This document shows, one piece after another, positions 48,801-60,770 of a DNA stretch of 64,000 bases (position 1 is its first letter; every line of letters begins with the position of its first letter). Under the pieces are notes generated by a model. The model was not told the DNA's origin, made no database searches, and worked only from the letters and a program-made list of their open reading frames with translations. Made by a program: the position numbers and the translations under genes. Source of the stretch: a candidate division WWE3 bacterium RIFOXYC1_FULL_40_10 (lineage in GTDB: Bacteria > Patescibacteriota > WWE3 > UBA101185 > UBA10185); NCBI GenBank assembly GCA_001773215.1, contig MEWB01000001.1:69964-133963 (forward strand). The letters run 5' to 3'.

Positions 48801-51201
48801 TTGGGATCGATGTAGAATATGTAGCCGCGGCATTTGAGATCAGATTTTTCATTCCGTACATATCTGATACCGTTGTTACACCCGAGCCAGAAGGGAGAGC
48901 ATTTGAAACCGATGTCAGGTTATAAATTCCGGTGGCTTCAGTATGTGTTGTTCCTGGTCCGTATATCCTATTTATGTTTTGTAGAGCGACCGTGCTGTTA
49001 GTATTAACCCCTCCGGAATCTGCACTTCCTGCTTCCAAGAGATTAAATACAGCATAGGAGATACCGCTGTGATTATTATTAGTACCTTTCTTGAGTATCA
49101 GTTCGTTATCTATTCCTGTCGTGGTTCCGTATAATTGGGCATTCGCCCTAACTTTGGTAAGAATCTTTTCACCCGTTGCATCTCCTCCTCCGTTTGTGTC
49201 TGTAAAGTCGTAGTCTTCCGAGTGCGCAAAGATATCGGATCCTGTAGCAGTATAGTCTGTATTTATAAGCAAACTAGATCCCGAGTCTGGACCGTAAATC
49301 ATTACGTTTCCGTTGGAAGTTGTTGTGCCATTGGATTCAATAGTGAAGTACCCATCTCCTACCGTAAGAAGCGCGTTAGGTGCAGTTGTACCTACTCCTA
49401 CGTACCCCGTATCCAAGATAGTCATTAGCCCACTATTACCATACCTTACAGCGCCTATATCCGGATCATATACGGCCAGGGTGACATTAGCAGAAGAATC
49501 ATACAAACCAAACTCCCCGTCAGTGAAGATGCCACCGTTACCCAGATACCCGCCACTTCCAGTTAGTGGACCGATTGAGATAGGTATCTCGTTTCCACCC
49601 AGGTATGAATCCCCATTTACCTCGAAGGTAAATAGCCCTGGTGCCGATACACCTATTCCTACTGCTCCTCCGCTTGGATTGAGGACGACGTCCCCACGAC
49701 TCCCAAAGCCTCTAGGGGCTCCGCCACTTATAAATACATCTCCGCCGCTGGAGCCAAACGCCATAAATGCGCCCGCATAGCTTCCCGTTATATATAAATC
49801 GGTCCCACTTCCGAATCCGGGCGTATCCGTCATTTTGATGGTTCTGTTTGCTGATCCATCCAGATATGTATCTCCTGCTATTGTCAATGTCGCTGTTGGT
49901 GCAGTTGTACCTATACCCACATATCCGGCATTATCAATATATAGTGTTCCTGCATCAAAATTAAAATCCGCGGAGTTGGTATCCATGTCAATGGTAGTAG
50001 TTGCATCTAATGTCATTATATCTTTGAACTCCGACCAGTCCAAAGAGTCAGCGGTAATTCCTCCGGCACCTATGGTTCCCCAAGAAAGAGTTCCCGTTCC
50101 ATTGTTAGTTAAAATTCCGCTCGATACATGGGAAGTCGGCCATGAGTATGTTAAGTTCTTTAATTTAATTATATCTCCGTTTGTATCAATCTGAAATTGC
50201 GAACTTGCTCCAACTGATAGGGGAGAAGTTGGGGTATTCGTTCCAATTCCGAATCTGTAGTTGGTATTGTCCCAGTATAAATTTGTGACATTCTGTGCAA
50301 ATTTGCTACCGTTCCCGAACAGTATTCCTCCGGCGGTTGCTGTTGATCCGTTCAAATAACTCAATTCCTGGGCAGTTGTACTTATTGTGGTTCCGCCTAT
50401 ACTCCAGTCTTCTGGGAGATCTACACTGCCCTCAAGTATTAAGTCACCACCGTAGGTTATCTCATCTGCTAAGTGCTCCTCAGTAATTATTCCGGATTTA
50501 ATTTTCACATCATTTAGTCCGGTCCCGACAAGGTCTCCGTTAATATCTAGTGCAGTTTCCAGAGTGGTTTCCGTTACTGTGTCGATTCCCCCGAGCCTGT
50601 TCATTTGTCCTATTGTGACTGTTCCAGTCCCAAAGTTTCCGGAGGCCCCTTGCGTGTCTAACCCTCCTTTTAAAGTTGCTATGCCTTCGGCACTTAGTGT
50701 TTTTGCGAAGTTCGAGTCCACTGTCACCGCGAAGAGGTAGTCTTTTATCGAGTCACTTGCTTGAAGAACATTAGCGAGGGAATTTGAGCGATTTTTTACC
50801 GGGTTTTTTTCCTTACCGGCCGCTGCTCCAAAGATCAAAAGAAATACTATGAAGATAGTAAATGCTAAACTCGTTAGTCTGAAAGCTCTGGATAAGTTGC
50901 TTAAAGGTTTAATCAGAATGTTTTTCTCAACTATTTGTACCCTTGGTGACGAAGAATACGTTGTCACTTTAGTTTGTTGTTTGCTTGCAGCCAGTTTTTC
51001 TTGAAGCTGTAGGATGTCCCCTAGGCCAAAGACCCTATATCCGTTATCCAATCTTTTTGAGTTTATCAGTTTGAGAGATTCATGCCTTCTTAGTGAAGAC
51101 GTTGACATACCAAGCAAAGATGCTGCTTCAGACACACTTAGTTGCGTTCTGTTTTTTATATTCGATATGTCATTAGAGTTCTGTTGGGCAGGAACTTCCA
51201 T
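45802..51201 (-). CDS. MerR-HTH / TM / tail-fibre-like repeats / peptidase S74 intramolecular chaperone protein
   Basis: LSVSEAASLLGMSTSSLRRHE..NGYRVF; TM at ~aa 112-128; many GIGTT.P repeats; SDLAFKENV..GLIAQDV.EIIPEVV. Confidence 0.88.
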   Translation of the reverse strand: MEVPAQQNSNDISNIKNRTQLSVSEAASLLGMSTSSLRRHESLKLINSKRLDNGYRVFGLGDILQLQEKLAASKQQTKVTTYSSSPRVQIVEKNILIKPLSNLSRAFRLTSLAFTIFIVFLLIFGAAAGKEKNPVKNRSNSLANVLQASDSIKDYLFAVTVDSNFAKTLSAEGIATLKGGLDTQGASGNFGTGTVTIGQMNRLGGIDTVTETTLETALDINGDLVGTGLNDVKIKSGIITEEHLADEITYGGDLILEGSVDLPEDWSIGGTTISTTAQELSYLNGSTATAGGILFGNGSKFAQNVTNLYWDNTNYRFGIGTNTPTSPLSVGASSQFQIDTNGDIIKLKNLTYSWPTSHVSSGILTNNGTGTLSWGTIGAGGITADSLDWSEFKDIMTLDATTTIDMDTNSADFNFDAGTLYIDNAGYVGIGTTAPTATLTIAGDTYLDGSANRTIKMTDTPGFGSGTDLYITGSYAGAFMAFGSSGGDVFISGGAPRGFGSRGDVVLNPSGGAVGIGVSAPGLFTFEVNGDSYLGGNEIPISIGPLTGSGGYLGNGGIFTDGEFGLYDSSANVTLAVYDPDIGAVRYGNSGLMTILDTGYVGVGTTAPNALLTVGDGYFTIESNGTTTSNGNVMIYGPDSGSSLLINTDYTATGSDIFAHSEDYDFTDTNGGGDATGEKILTKVRANAQLYGTTTGIDNELILKKGTNNNHSGISYAVFNLLEAGSADSGGVNTNSTVALQNINRIYGPGTTHTEATGIYNLTSVSNALPSGSGVTTVSDMYGMKNLISNAAATYSTSIPNAYGIYSDYQGYFTNAVTTNLYQIYIANPYLYSGATIANNYGLYIEDQTSGTSLDYAIYSVGGTNYFGGNVGVGTTNPTSLFSIGATSPFQIDANGDIIKLKNLTYSWPTGHTTNGVLTNGGTGTLTWATIGATGITPDSLDWSEFTDTMTLDATTTINMDTNTADFNFDAGTLYIDNAGSVGIGTTVPRGAFEVAGETIFGRDTTEIPLTLHTTASNGVYFSNGSISSVGIGGFGGNGDEMIWYRDDTNGLFRYADDAIVADAADNVGIGTTDPDSQMHIVGGDTYIAPDTGYTFDNGTVNEDLYVYGNLEVDGNAYLATLYLGGTQVTSSAAELNMLDGATVTNGGIMFGNGTYMTQDATNFFWADSTDRLGIGTTAPASKLEILGTTEQLRLSYNAGNYSSFTIDSAGNLTFADTGTNIATLGAARAEFFVPTTFSAAGDVAIAYDLNMTNQTASQIESYGPLSIISGESFENNDFTLKTYGTGNAVFNLSGTGDMQLLASDPTILFDTKTATDTNFWMGVQEDAGGDDDDLFMVGDGTTAGTNAFLTIDTSGNTGIGTSTFTKKLTVYDTNSSTSVTAGLLIANDSTTTNSRAGIIFKNYVNNAAAIWSPSTGGYTGNLIFGTTNGGGDGSEGYITAKMTLDELGNLGIGTTDPGAYRLYLSGAEAYCDGTTCWNDASDLAFKENVETLDYGLAEVLALNPVRFDFKKTGDSSIGLIAQDVKEIIPEVVSGEDGSMGIAYGSLTPVLVKAIQDQQNIIDDILAKLDATTQASQTTQSTQSLPADILSEMKKIYDEFTEFSNALGLSTSDGGLLVNSDMSVTGNATFSDVTVTGTLSAGLMSLDPMEDSFDIIGPSCYNQATEKIDTALCDTQTLYLQKGLAGNVDIFNGKIVISPDGNIKVEGQVEATIIKAGEIIVDDASDAVGSSELQANSTSVTVNSKQVSANSVIMVTPTTPTGGQSLIVSEKTAGESFTIEVENEFGTDIKFDWLIVNRE
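48237..50250 (-). repeat. Internal ~118-aa duplication in the fibre protein (copies at ~49900-50250 and ~48237-48590)
   Basis: FQID.NGDIIKLKNLTYSWPT.H...DSLDWSEF.D.MTLDATTTI.MDTN.ADFNFDAGTLYIDNAG present twice. Confidence 0.9.
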
Positions 51202-51221
51202 ATTTATCCTTGTAATTTCCT

Positions 51222-51284
51222 ACTATATCAATGTTTAGTAAGGATTACACTGTTAATTTTAGAAACCAACTATATCAATGTCAA
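51222..51284 (-). promoter_or_regulatory. Promoter of the fibre operon overlapped by a 13-bp direct repeat
   Basis: Minus-strand TTGACA(51284-51279)-17-TAAAAT(51261-51256); ACTATATCAATGT at 51222-51234 and 51269-51281. Confidence 0.65.
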
Positions 51285-51332
51285 TAGAATGTTTTTAGGA
51301 ATAATTTGCCTTTCCATATTCGGATGTTCTAA

Positions 51333-52115
<783 letters not shown>

Positions 52116-52133
52116 CCTGTTACAATTATTTGT

Positions 52134-52739
52134 ATGAACCTGCCCTTAATAGTGTTACTCATAATACTTGGATCAGCCTTGGTTTTAGCGTTATTTTTTT
52201 TGGTAGTTGATCTATTTCTATTCAAAAAAGAATCTCCTACCGAGCTCAACTCTTCGCTAAAGGTTATTGAAAATGCAAAAATAAAGTCTTTGCAAATAAT
52301 TACGAGTGCTTATGAGGATGCCAGAAAAAATATGAGGGTTTCTGACACCATCGGTAAAGAGGCTAAGACAGAGATGGAAGATATCCTTGAGAGGTCTTTT
52401 GAAAAGATGATCGTGACACTTGATACAGTAGGGGGGAATGTCATAAACAACTATCAAGCCACACTCAATAAGTCCCTTGATGTAGCGGCCATACAACTTG
52501 AGAAAAAAATGGAGGAAGCTACACACACTATTTCATCACATGTTACCGATAGTTATGAAAGGGGGGAGGAGGCAGTTGCGGACTTTGTAAAAAAGCGCAC
52601 AAGAGAAGCTGCGGCTCGGATTAGCTCAGAGTTACCACGCGTCATTGAGGAGTACCTATCTGAGAATCTAACGCTTGAAGTTAAGGAGGAAATAATTATG
52701 CGCATGGTAGAGGAGCGTCTCAAAAAGGTTGGTCTATGA
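52134..52739 (+). CDS. F0 subunit b-like stator protein
   Basis: Single N-terminal TM plus long charged coiled coil; position between c-like and delta-like genes. Confidence 0.65.
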   Translation: MNLPLIVLLIILGSALVLALFFLVVDLFLFKKESPTELNSSLKVIENAKIKSLQIITSAYEDARKNMRVSDTIGKEAKTEMEDILERSFEKMIVTLDTVGGNVINNYQATLNKSLDVAAIQLEKKMEEATHTISSHVTDSYERGEEAVADFVKKRTREAAARISSELPRVIEEYLSENLTLEVKEEIIMRMVEERLKKVGL

Positions 52740-53122
52740 AATCCGAGTATAGTGAGATACTAGTAAATTTTAAGACTACTTCAAGATTGTGGGAACATAT
52801 AAAGATGCTTGAGGCCCATTACACTGGAACTTCCCTACAACACAAACCCGATGCTAAATTTATCGACGGGCTGAGACAATATATGAGTAGAGTACCTGTA
52901 ATTCACTTCGCCTGTAGTTTTGAGGTTAGTGAGCGGTTTATCAATCGTTTATACGACTTGATAACAGGGAGATTAGCCAGTGACCTTGTTATTGATGTTC
53001 AACCACTGTTGTGCAAAGGGCTGAAATTTGGTCTGGTATATGACGGGAAAATAGTGGAAGGATCCTTTGGGGATATTTTGGCTGATAAATTGGAACTTAG
53101 TATAGGGGGTATAGGGGAATGA
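52736..53122 (+). CDS. Divergent, shortened F1 delta-like subunit
   Basis: C-terminal VIDVQPLL..G....YDGKIVEGS resembles delta VDP.LIGG...GD.V.D.S; immediately upstream of alpha. Confidence 0.55.
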   Translation: MKSEYSEILVNFKTTSRLWEHIKMLEAHYTGTSLQHKPDAKFIDGLRQYMSRVPVIHFACSFEVSERFINRLYDLITGRLASDLVIDVQPLLCKGLKFGLVYDGKIVEGSFGDILADKLELSIGGIGE

Positions 53123-54571
53123 ATAAGGGAATATTCGAGAAGTACAAGGCGAAGTACTCAGAAGTTGGTTACGTCACTCAGCTTCAAATGCCTGTGGTCT
53201 ACGTTGAAGGGCTTCCTGGAGCAGCAATAGGGGAGTTAGTAGTATTTGATTCAGGGCAACTTGGGTACGTTAGTAGCCTTCAAAGAAGGCTTTGTGGAGT
53301 ACTTTTACTTAGTGACTTACCTGTGGGTGTTGGGTCGGTTGTAAGTAGAACCGGATCAGGAATAAAGATAAATGTTGAACGGGAGTTGTTAGGTACGGTG
53401 GTGTGCAGTTTGTTGAATGTGCTTTGCATCGACTCGGAAGATAGAAATGCCAGATATATCGAGAGTGAAATTCCACTGTTGTCAGTTCGCCGACGGGTAT
53501 CGAAGCCCTTTTTTACAGGTGTGACAAAGATTGATATGCTGGTGCCTCTTGGGGAAGGACAAAGGGAGTTAATATTGGGTGATAGAAACACAGGTAAAAC
53601 TGCTTTTGCCTTACAGGTATTAGCAACCCGCGCTTCCTTAGGCGATATTTGCATTTACGCCGGTATCGGAAAAAAGAAGAGCGATTTAATTAAGGTAAAG
53701 AGTTATCTTGAAAAGTCGGGAGCTTATAATAACTCGGTTATTCTTTTCTTTGATGCGTCCTCGCCCTCGACGGAAATTTACCTGGCACCTTACGTGGCTA
53801 TGACCATTGCAGAGCATTTTAGAGATTTAGGACATAAAGTGACATTGATTTTGGATGATCTTACTACGCACGCTAAGTATTACAGAGAAATATCATTAGT
53901 ATCTGGTGATTACCCCGGACGGGATTCCTATCCGGGGAACATTTTTCATATTCATGCTCGACTTCTCGAAAGAGCGGGGGCTTTTATTAGTCCTGACGGA
54001 AAGGAGACCTCAATTACCTGCTTGCCGATCGCTGAAACAGTAAACAGCGATTTTTCAGGATTTATTCAAACCAATCTCATGTCTATGACAGACGGTCATA
54101 TTTTCTTTGACAGCGCATTCTTTGGAAATGGGTATAGGCCACCAATAAATAATTTTCTTAGTGTAACTAGAGTCGGTAGGCAAACTCAAACATCCTTAAG
54201 GTGGGGGGTAAATAGAGAGTGTGCTTCATTTTTGCTCCTTAACCAAAAGACTGAAAAATTCGTACACTTTGGTACAGAGCTAAACTCTGGAATAGGGGCT
54301 ACGTTAAAAATGAACGAGCTTATACAACAATTATTCACGCAGGAAGAGGACTTTCTAGTCCCAATGAGTGTACAACTAATTACGTTCGCACTAGTATGGA
54401 TAGGTGCATTAAAGTCATCGGTACATACATATATATGTCTATCAAAGGACAAGTATATACGAGAGGACACATACCGTACTTTAACGGATACTCTGGTCAC
54501 TTCCTCGGAATCCCTTAATGATTTCTTGGGTAAAGTTTCGGCCAAAAAGGTTGAATTATTATTAGAAGGAG

Positions 54572-54591
<20 letters not shown>
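53119..54591 (+). CDS. atpA: F1-like ATPase alpha subunit (divergent)
   Basis: GEGQRELILGDRNTGKT, DDLTTHA..YREISL, PGRDSYPG, RLLERA, SVTRVG (Arg finger). Confidence 0.93.
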
Positions 54592-56829
<2,238 letters not shown>

Positions 56830-57090
56830 ATGTATAAAAGCAAGACAAACTTTTTATCAGTTATCGTTAAGGACCGACAGGGAGTTGTATTTGATGGTAC
56901 TGCAGCCTCTGTCAGTTCTAAGAATACCTTGGGAACTTTTGATATCTTAAGCGGACACGCTAATTTCATCACTCTCATCTCGGGTTTTCTTATTGTCGAT
57001 AAGGGCAAATTATCTGAGAAAACGATTACACTTGAAAAGGGTATACTGTCAGTTTATGAAAATGCTGTAACCGTATATCTTGGGATTTAA
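56830..57090 (+). CDS. atpC: F1 epsilon subunit, N-terminal beta-sandwich only
   Basis: GTFDILSGHANFIT (cf. GELGILPGHAP); 86 aa with no C-terminal helices. Confidence 0.85.
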   Translation: MYKSKTNFLSVIVKDRQGVVFDGTAASVSSKNTLGTFDILSGHANFITLISGFLIVDKGKLSEKTITLEKGILSVYENAVTVYLGI

Positions 57091-57098
57091 AATCTGAT

Positions 57099-57743
57099 TT
57101 ATTCCCCAGAAAATTTTAGTTGATAAGATCTACCCATTGAGGAACAAACTGCAATACCTTTGATCCAGTCCGGTTTTACCTTTGACGGACGGTTGGCTTT
57201 TAAAGAAGATATTACACTCGATATGTTCTCTGTAAGGTCAGCTTCTGAAAAAGACAGCTTACCTACAATTGTATGAACAAGTGGAGCATCCTTTTCAGTT
57301 CTGACTTCTACTTTTCCCTTTTTAACCTCTTCGATTGCCAATGCGATGTTATTCGTAACTGTCCCTGTTTTAGGATTTGGCATCATGCCAAGTGGCCCCA
57401 GAATCTTTGCAGCTTTGGCTATCTTTGGCATAAATCCGGGTTCTGTGATTATCACATCGAAGTCCACTTTTGGTTTTAGCGACCCCGTCTCGATTTTTTG
57501 GATGTCTTGCTCTGAAAGTTCAATGTCAGCCTCTGGATATTTTCCGATCGATAGTACAGCTATCTTAACTTTTTTACCGGTCCCTTTAGGTAAAACCACT
57601 GTGTATCTTAGTTGCTGATTTGCTTGTTTTACGTCTAAATCCAAATTGATATGAATTTCCACCGTAGGGTCAAAATTTCTTTTCTTTTCTTCCTTCATTA
57701 ACTTAATGGCTTCTTCTATTGTATATGAGGTTGTGTTTGTCAT
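57099..57743 (-). CDS. rplA: 50S ribosomal protein L1
   Basis: FDPTVE, LPKGTGK, LGPLGMMPNPKTGT, SSMG. Confidence 0.97.
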   Translation of the reverse strand: MTNTTSYTIEEAIKLMKEEKKRNFDPTVEIHINLDLDVKQANQQLRYTVVLPKGTGKKVKIAVLSIGKYPEADIELSEQDIQKIETGSLKPKVDFDVIITEPGFMPKIAKAAKILGPLGMMPNPKTGTVTNNIALAIEEVKKGKVEVRTEKDAPLVHTIVGKLSFSEADLTENISSVISSLKANRPSKVKPDWIKGIAVCSSMGRSYQLKFSGE

Positions 57744-57745
57744 AG

Positions 57746-58177
57746 TTATTTCTCTATTATTACTCCCATAGATCTCGCAGTACCCGCTACTATTTTTTTA
57801 GCCTGATCAATACTCGAAGTATTTAAGTCTTTTAATTTTATGCTGGCTATTTTATCCAGATCTGATGTACTTAATGTTCCTACTTTGTCCTTATTTGGGG
57901 TAGCGGAACCCTTAGCAACTTTTATTGCCTTTTTTATTAAATGTGACGTAACAGGTGTTTTTGTGATAAAAGTGAATGTTCTGTCTTCGTAAGCAGTCAA
58001 AATCACTGGAATTACATCATCGCCCATGCTTTGAGTTTTTGAGTTAAACTCTTTACAGAAATCCATGATAGGAACTCCATGTTGACCCAATGCAGGGCCT
58101 ATTGGAGGAGCTGGGTTTGCTTGCCCTGCTTTGATTGCCAATTTTACTATTGCTTTAATTTTTTTTACTTTAGCCAT
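57746..58177 (-). CDS. rplK: 50S ribosomal protein L11
   Basis: [26 protein letters not shown]. Confidence 0.99.
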   Translation of the reverse strand: MAKVKKIKAIVKLAIKAGQANPAPPIGPALGQHGVPIMDFCKEFNSKTQSMGDDVIPVILTAYEDRTFTFITKTPVTSHLIKKAIKVAKGSATPNKDKVGTLSTSDLDKIASIKLKDLNTSSIDQAKKIVAGTARSMGVIIEK

Positions 58178-58196
58178 ATTTCCTTATTTATAAATT

Positions 58197-58808
58197 TTAT
58201 AGGCGGGATACTTGCGCAAAGTCAAGTTCTACAGGTGTTTCTCTGCCAAAAACTGATATTAATACACGCACCTTACCTTGGTTTTCATTCACTTCGTCCA
58301 CTTTACCCAACATATCTTTAAACGGACCCTCGATTATTTTTACCGAATCTTCGACTGAAAACTTTGCTTCATATTTAGGCGCTTCCATCTTGGCAAATTT
58401 CATCAACGATTTTACCTCACTTTCGGCTAATGGAGTAGGGGTAGTCCCCATTCCTACAAAGCCTGTCACCCCTGGTGTAGATCTAACAATATACCAGGTA
58501 TCGTCATCCATTAACATATTTACCATTAAGTATCCTGGAAAAAGTTTCTCATCTACTGATCTCTTTTTTCCTTCCGAAACCACTATCTTTTGTTGATGAG
58601 GTACGAATAGCTTAAAAACTCTATCTGTATATCCACCGGCTTCTATTCTTTGCTTAAGAGTAATAGCAACTTTGTTTTCATGGCCGGAGTAAGTGTGAAC
58701 AACGTACCACTTGGCATTTTCAGAACCGTCTTTGTTGATTACAACGACATTATCGTTGTCTTCGTCAGTATTCACTTGTGTAGCATCTAGGTTTTTATCT
58801 TGATCCAT
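58197..58808 (-). CDS. nusG: Transcription factor NusG
   Basis: WYVVHTYSGHE, FPGY, TPGVTGFVG, KOW, FGRETPVEL. Confidence 0.98.
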   Translation of the reverse strand: MDQDKNLDATQVNTDEDNDNVVVINKDGSENAKWYVVHTYSGHENKVAITLKQRIEAGGYTDRVFKLFVPHQQKIVVSEGKKRSVDEKLFPGYLMVNMLMDDDTWYIVRSTPGVTGFVGMGTTPTPLAESEVKSLMKFAKMEAPKYEAKFSVEDSVKIIEGPFKDMLGKVDEVNENQGKVRVLISVFGRETPVELDFAQVSRL

Positions 58809-58809
58809 A

Positions 58810-58998
58810 TTATCCTTTGTAGCTTAAAACTATGTTAAGTATTGTAGCAAAGATGTAATCAAAAAACATCACGAAAAGTCCTATGACTAAGCTTGCACCG
58901 ATTACATAAGCAGTTAATCTTTTTACCTCAGTTCTTGAGGGCCATTGTACCTTTCTTAGCTCTTCCAAAGAGCTTTTTGCATACTCAGCTATTTTCAC
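58810..58998 (-). CDS. secE: Preprotein translocase SecE
   Basis: ELRKVQWPSR + TM; GTG start. Confidence 0.93.
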   Translation of the reverse strand: MKIAEYAKSSLEELRKVQWPSRTEVKRLTAYVIGASLVIGLFVMFFDYIFATILNIVLSYKG

Positions 58999-59068
58999 GC
59001 AGCAAATTGTAACACTTTTATGTTGCGATAACAATAATATAACTATTTTAAGGTATAATATTTGAACT

Positions 59069-59671
59069 ATGCTAATTAATCTACTTTTTCAAAGTCCTTT
59101 GTTGTTTATTCTGCTTGCCGGAATATTAGTACTGTCACTTAGCATCCATGAATTTTCTCATGCTTATGTGGCAAGTTTACTGGGTGACGATACGGCAAAG
59201 TTTCAGGGCAGAGTTAGTTTGGATCCCAGGAAACATTTAGATCCTATCGGAACTTTGGCACTACTATTTTTGGGGTTTGGCTGGGGCAAACCTGTGCCGT
59301 TTGATCCTTCCCGGCTATCTAATCCAAAAAGAGATTCGGCTCTTATATCTGTAGCAGGGCCTTTATCTAACTTACTATTAGCAATTGCCATGTCAATGGC
59401 TGCCAAGTTCTCCGGAGGAATCGTGTTAAGCATTTTAGCCACTGCTGTGTATGTGAACCTGGCCTTAGCATTTTTTAACCTGCTGCCCATACATCCTCTC
59501 GATGGTTTTAAAGCAGTTCTTGGTCTCTTGCCCAACAGCCTAGCAATTCAATGGTTGGAATTGCAGGATTATGGGGTTTATATATTAATGCTTCTGATTA
59601 TCACCGGATATGTTGAAAAGATAATAAATCCTCTTGTTCATTATTCTTCCCTCCTTTTAGGTATAGCATAA
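59069..59671 (+). CDS. Site-2 protease (M50)
   Basis: HEFSH, AGPLSN, FNLLPIHPLDG. Confidence 0.95.
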   Translation: MLINLLFQSPLLFILLAGILVLSLSIHEFSHAYVASLLGDDTAKFQGRVSLDPRKHLDPIGTLALLFLGFGWGKPVPFDPSRLSNPKRDSALISVAGPLSNLLLAIAMSMAAKFSGGIVLSILATAVYVNLALAFFNLLPIHPLDGFKAVLGLLPNSLAIQWLELQDYGVYILMLLIITGYVEKIINPLVHYSSLLLGIA

Positions 59672-59761
59672 AGTGCCATTGCCTTTTACTTTTTCCACTT
59701 GACTAACTTGGATCCAAAAGTTAGTATTTAGATACACATAGATGCAAATCTCTGTGGAGAG

Positions 59762-59916
59762 AATCCTGATGTGTTTGTGTTCAAGTTAGAGGTCTGGAGA
59801 ATCCTGAACTATTTTCTCCTTTTGGGTTTTTAAAATGACCAAAGATTAAATGCTTCGGTCTAGAACCCACCTAAATTTGAGGAGGGATCCGCTCTAACAA
59901 AGCAGCACATCGGGTT
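59762..59916 (+). ncRNA. ssrS: 6S RNA
   Basis: Rod with closing stem AATCCTGATGTG/CACATCGGGTT (CCUGAUGUGUU as in Bacillus 6S-1), GTTAGAG/CTCTAAC, inner stems and bubble; upstream TTGACT-17-TAGTAT and downstream terminator. Confidence 0.78.
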
Positions 59917-59940
59917 GTAATCATAAATATTCAAACATAC

Positions 59941-59976
59941 GCTAAAGCGGGTCACTTAGACCCGCTTAGCTTTTTG
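59941..59976 (+). terminator. Intrinsic terminator after 6S RNA
   Basis: GCTAAAGCGGGTC-ACTTA-GACCCGCTTAGC + TTTTT. Confidence 0.8.
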
Positions 59977-59991
59977 TGTATAATCAACAAC

Positions 59992-60768
59992 ATGCAGCTT
60001 TTTGACGGTAATTACCAGGGGTCACTCCTAGATCAACAAATAAAAAAACATATACAGAGTTTTCCATGCAGAAACAGGCTTGGGATTGTTCAAATAGGTG
60101 ACAATTCTTCGTCAACCAAGTATGTGTTTCTTAAAAAGAAGAAGTGTGAGGAATTAGGAATTGAGTGCCTGGTATTTAAGTATGATTCGGAGCTATCTAT
60201 GGAAGAGCTCAAAAGTCATGTAGAAATTATTGCAAAAGATCCTTATATTTCTGGATTTATAATTCAGCTGCCCTTGCCGTTGGGGAAATACGATTTTCTA
60301 ATAAAACTGATCCCCTCCGAGAAGGACATCGACAATTTAACTAACTCTTTAACTTTCGATTCTCCGGTAGTCAGGGCGCTTGGGTATTTCTTAGACTGGG
60401 GAAAAATATCACTGAAAAACAATGAAGTATGTGTCATCGGTGATGGAAACTTAGTCGGAAAGCCGTTGGCTAAATACTGCGAAAAAAAGGGAGCGGGGGT
60501 AACTGTTAATACCAACTACAAAACGGGTGACAAAATAACAGCAGACTTGATAATAGTTGGAGTTGGAATTCCGGGATTAGTAAAAGGTGAGGATGTTAAG
60601 CAAGGGGCTAACGTGGTGGATTTTGGTTCGGCAGTTGTTGAGGGTAGAGTAATGGGGGATTTTGATGTTGCCTCACATTTATCACACCTTGGCATAATTT
60701 CCCCATCTCCAGGGGGTCTGGGGCCTTTAGTGGTAAGATACCTGATAATGAATTTTCTAGGTATTTAG
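59992..60768 (+). CDS. folD: Methylenetetrahydrofolate dehydrogenase/cyclohydrolase FolD (shortened)
   Basis: YVFLKKK, GFIIQLPLP, KDID, VGKPLA, GDFD, SPSPGGLGP. Confidence 0.9.
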   Translation: MQLFDGNYQGSLLDQQIKKHIQSFPCRNRLGIVQIGDNSSSTKYVFLKKKKCEELGIECLVFKYDSELSMEELKSHVEIIAKDPYISGFIIQLPLPLGKYDFLIKLIPSEKDIDNLTNSLTFDSPVVRALGYFLDWGKISLKNNEVCVIGDGNLVGKPLAKYCEKKGAGVTVNTNYKTGDKITADLIIVGVGIPGLVKGEDVKQGANVVDFGSAVVEGRVMGDFDVASHLSHLGIISPSPGGLGPLVVRYLIMNFLGI

Positions 60769-60770
60769 GC

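Noticed and set aside
45802-51201. Prophage, suggested by tail-fibre and S74 domains
   Set aside because: No capsid, terminase, portal or integrase genes; the protein has a TM anchor and HTH typical of a cellular surface protein.
36698-51238. Many short plus-strand ORFs within the giant genes
   Set aside because: Antisense shadows caused by biased Thr/Gly/Ser codons of the minus-strand genes.
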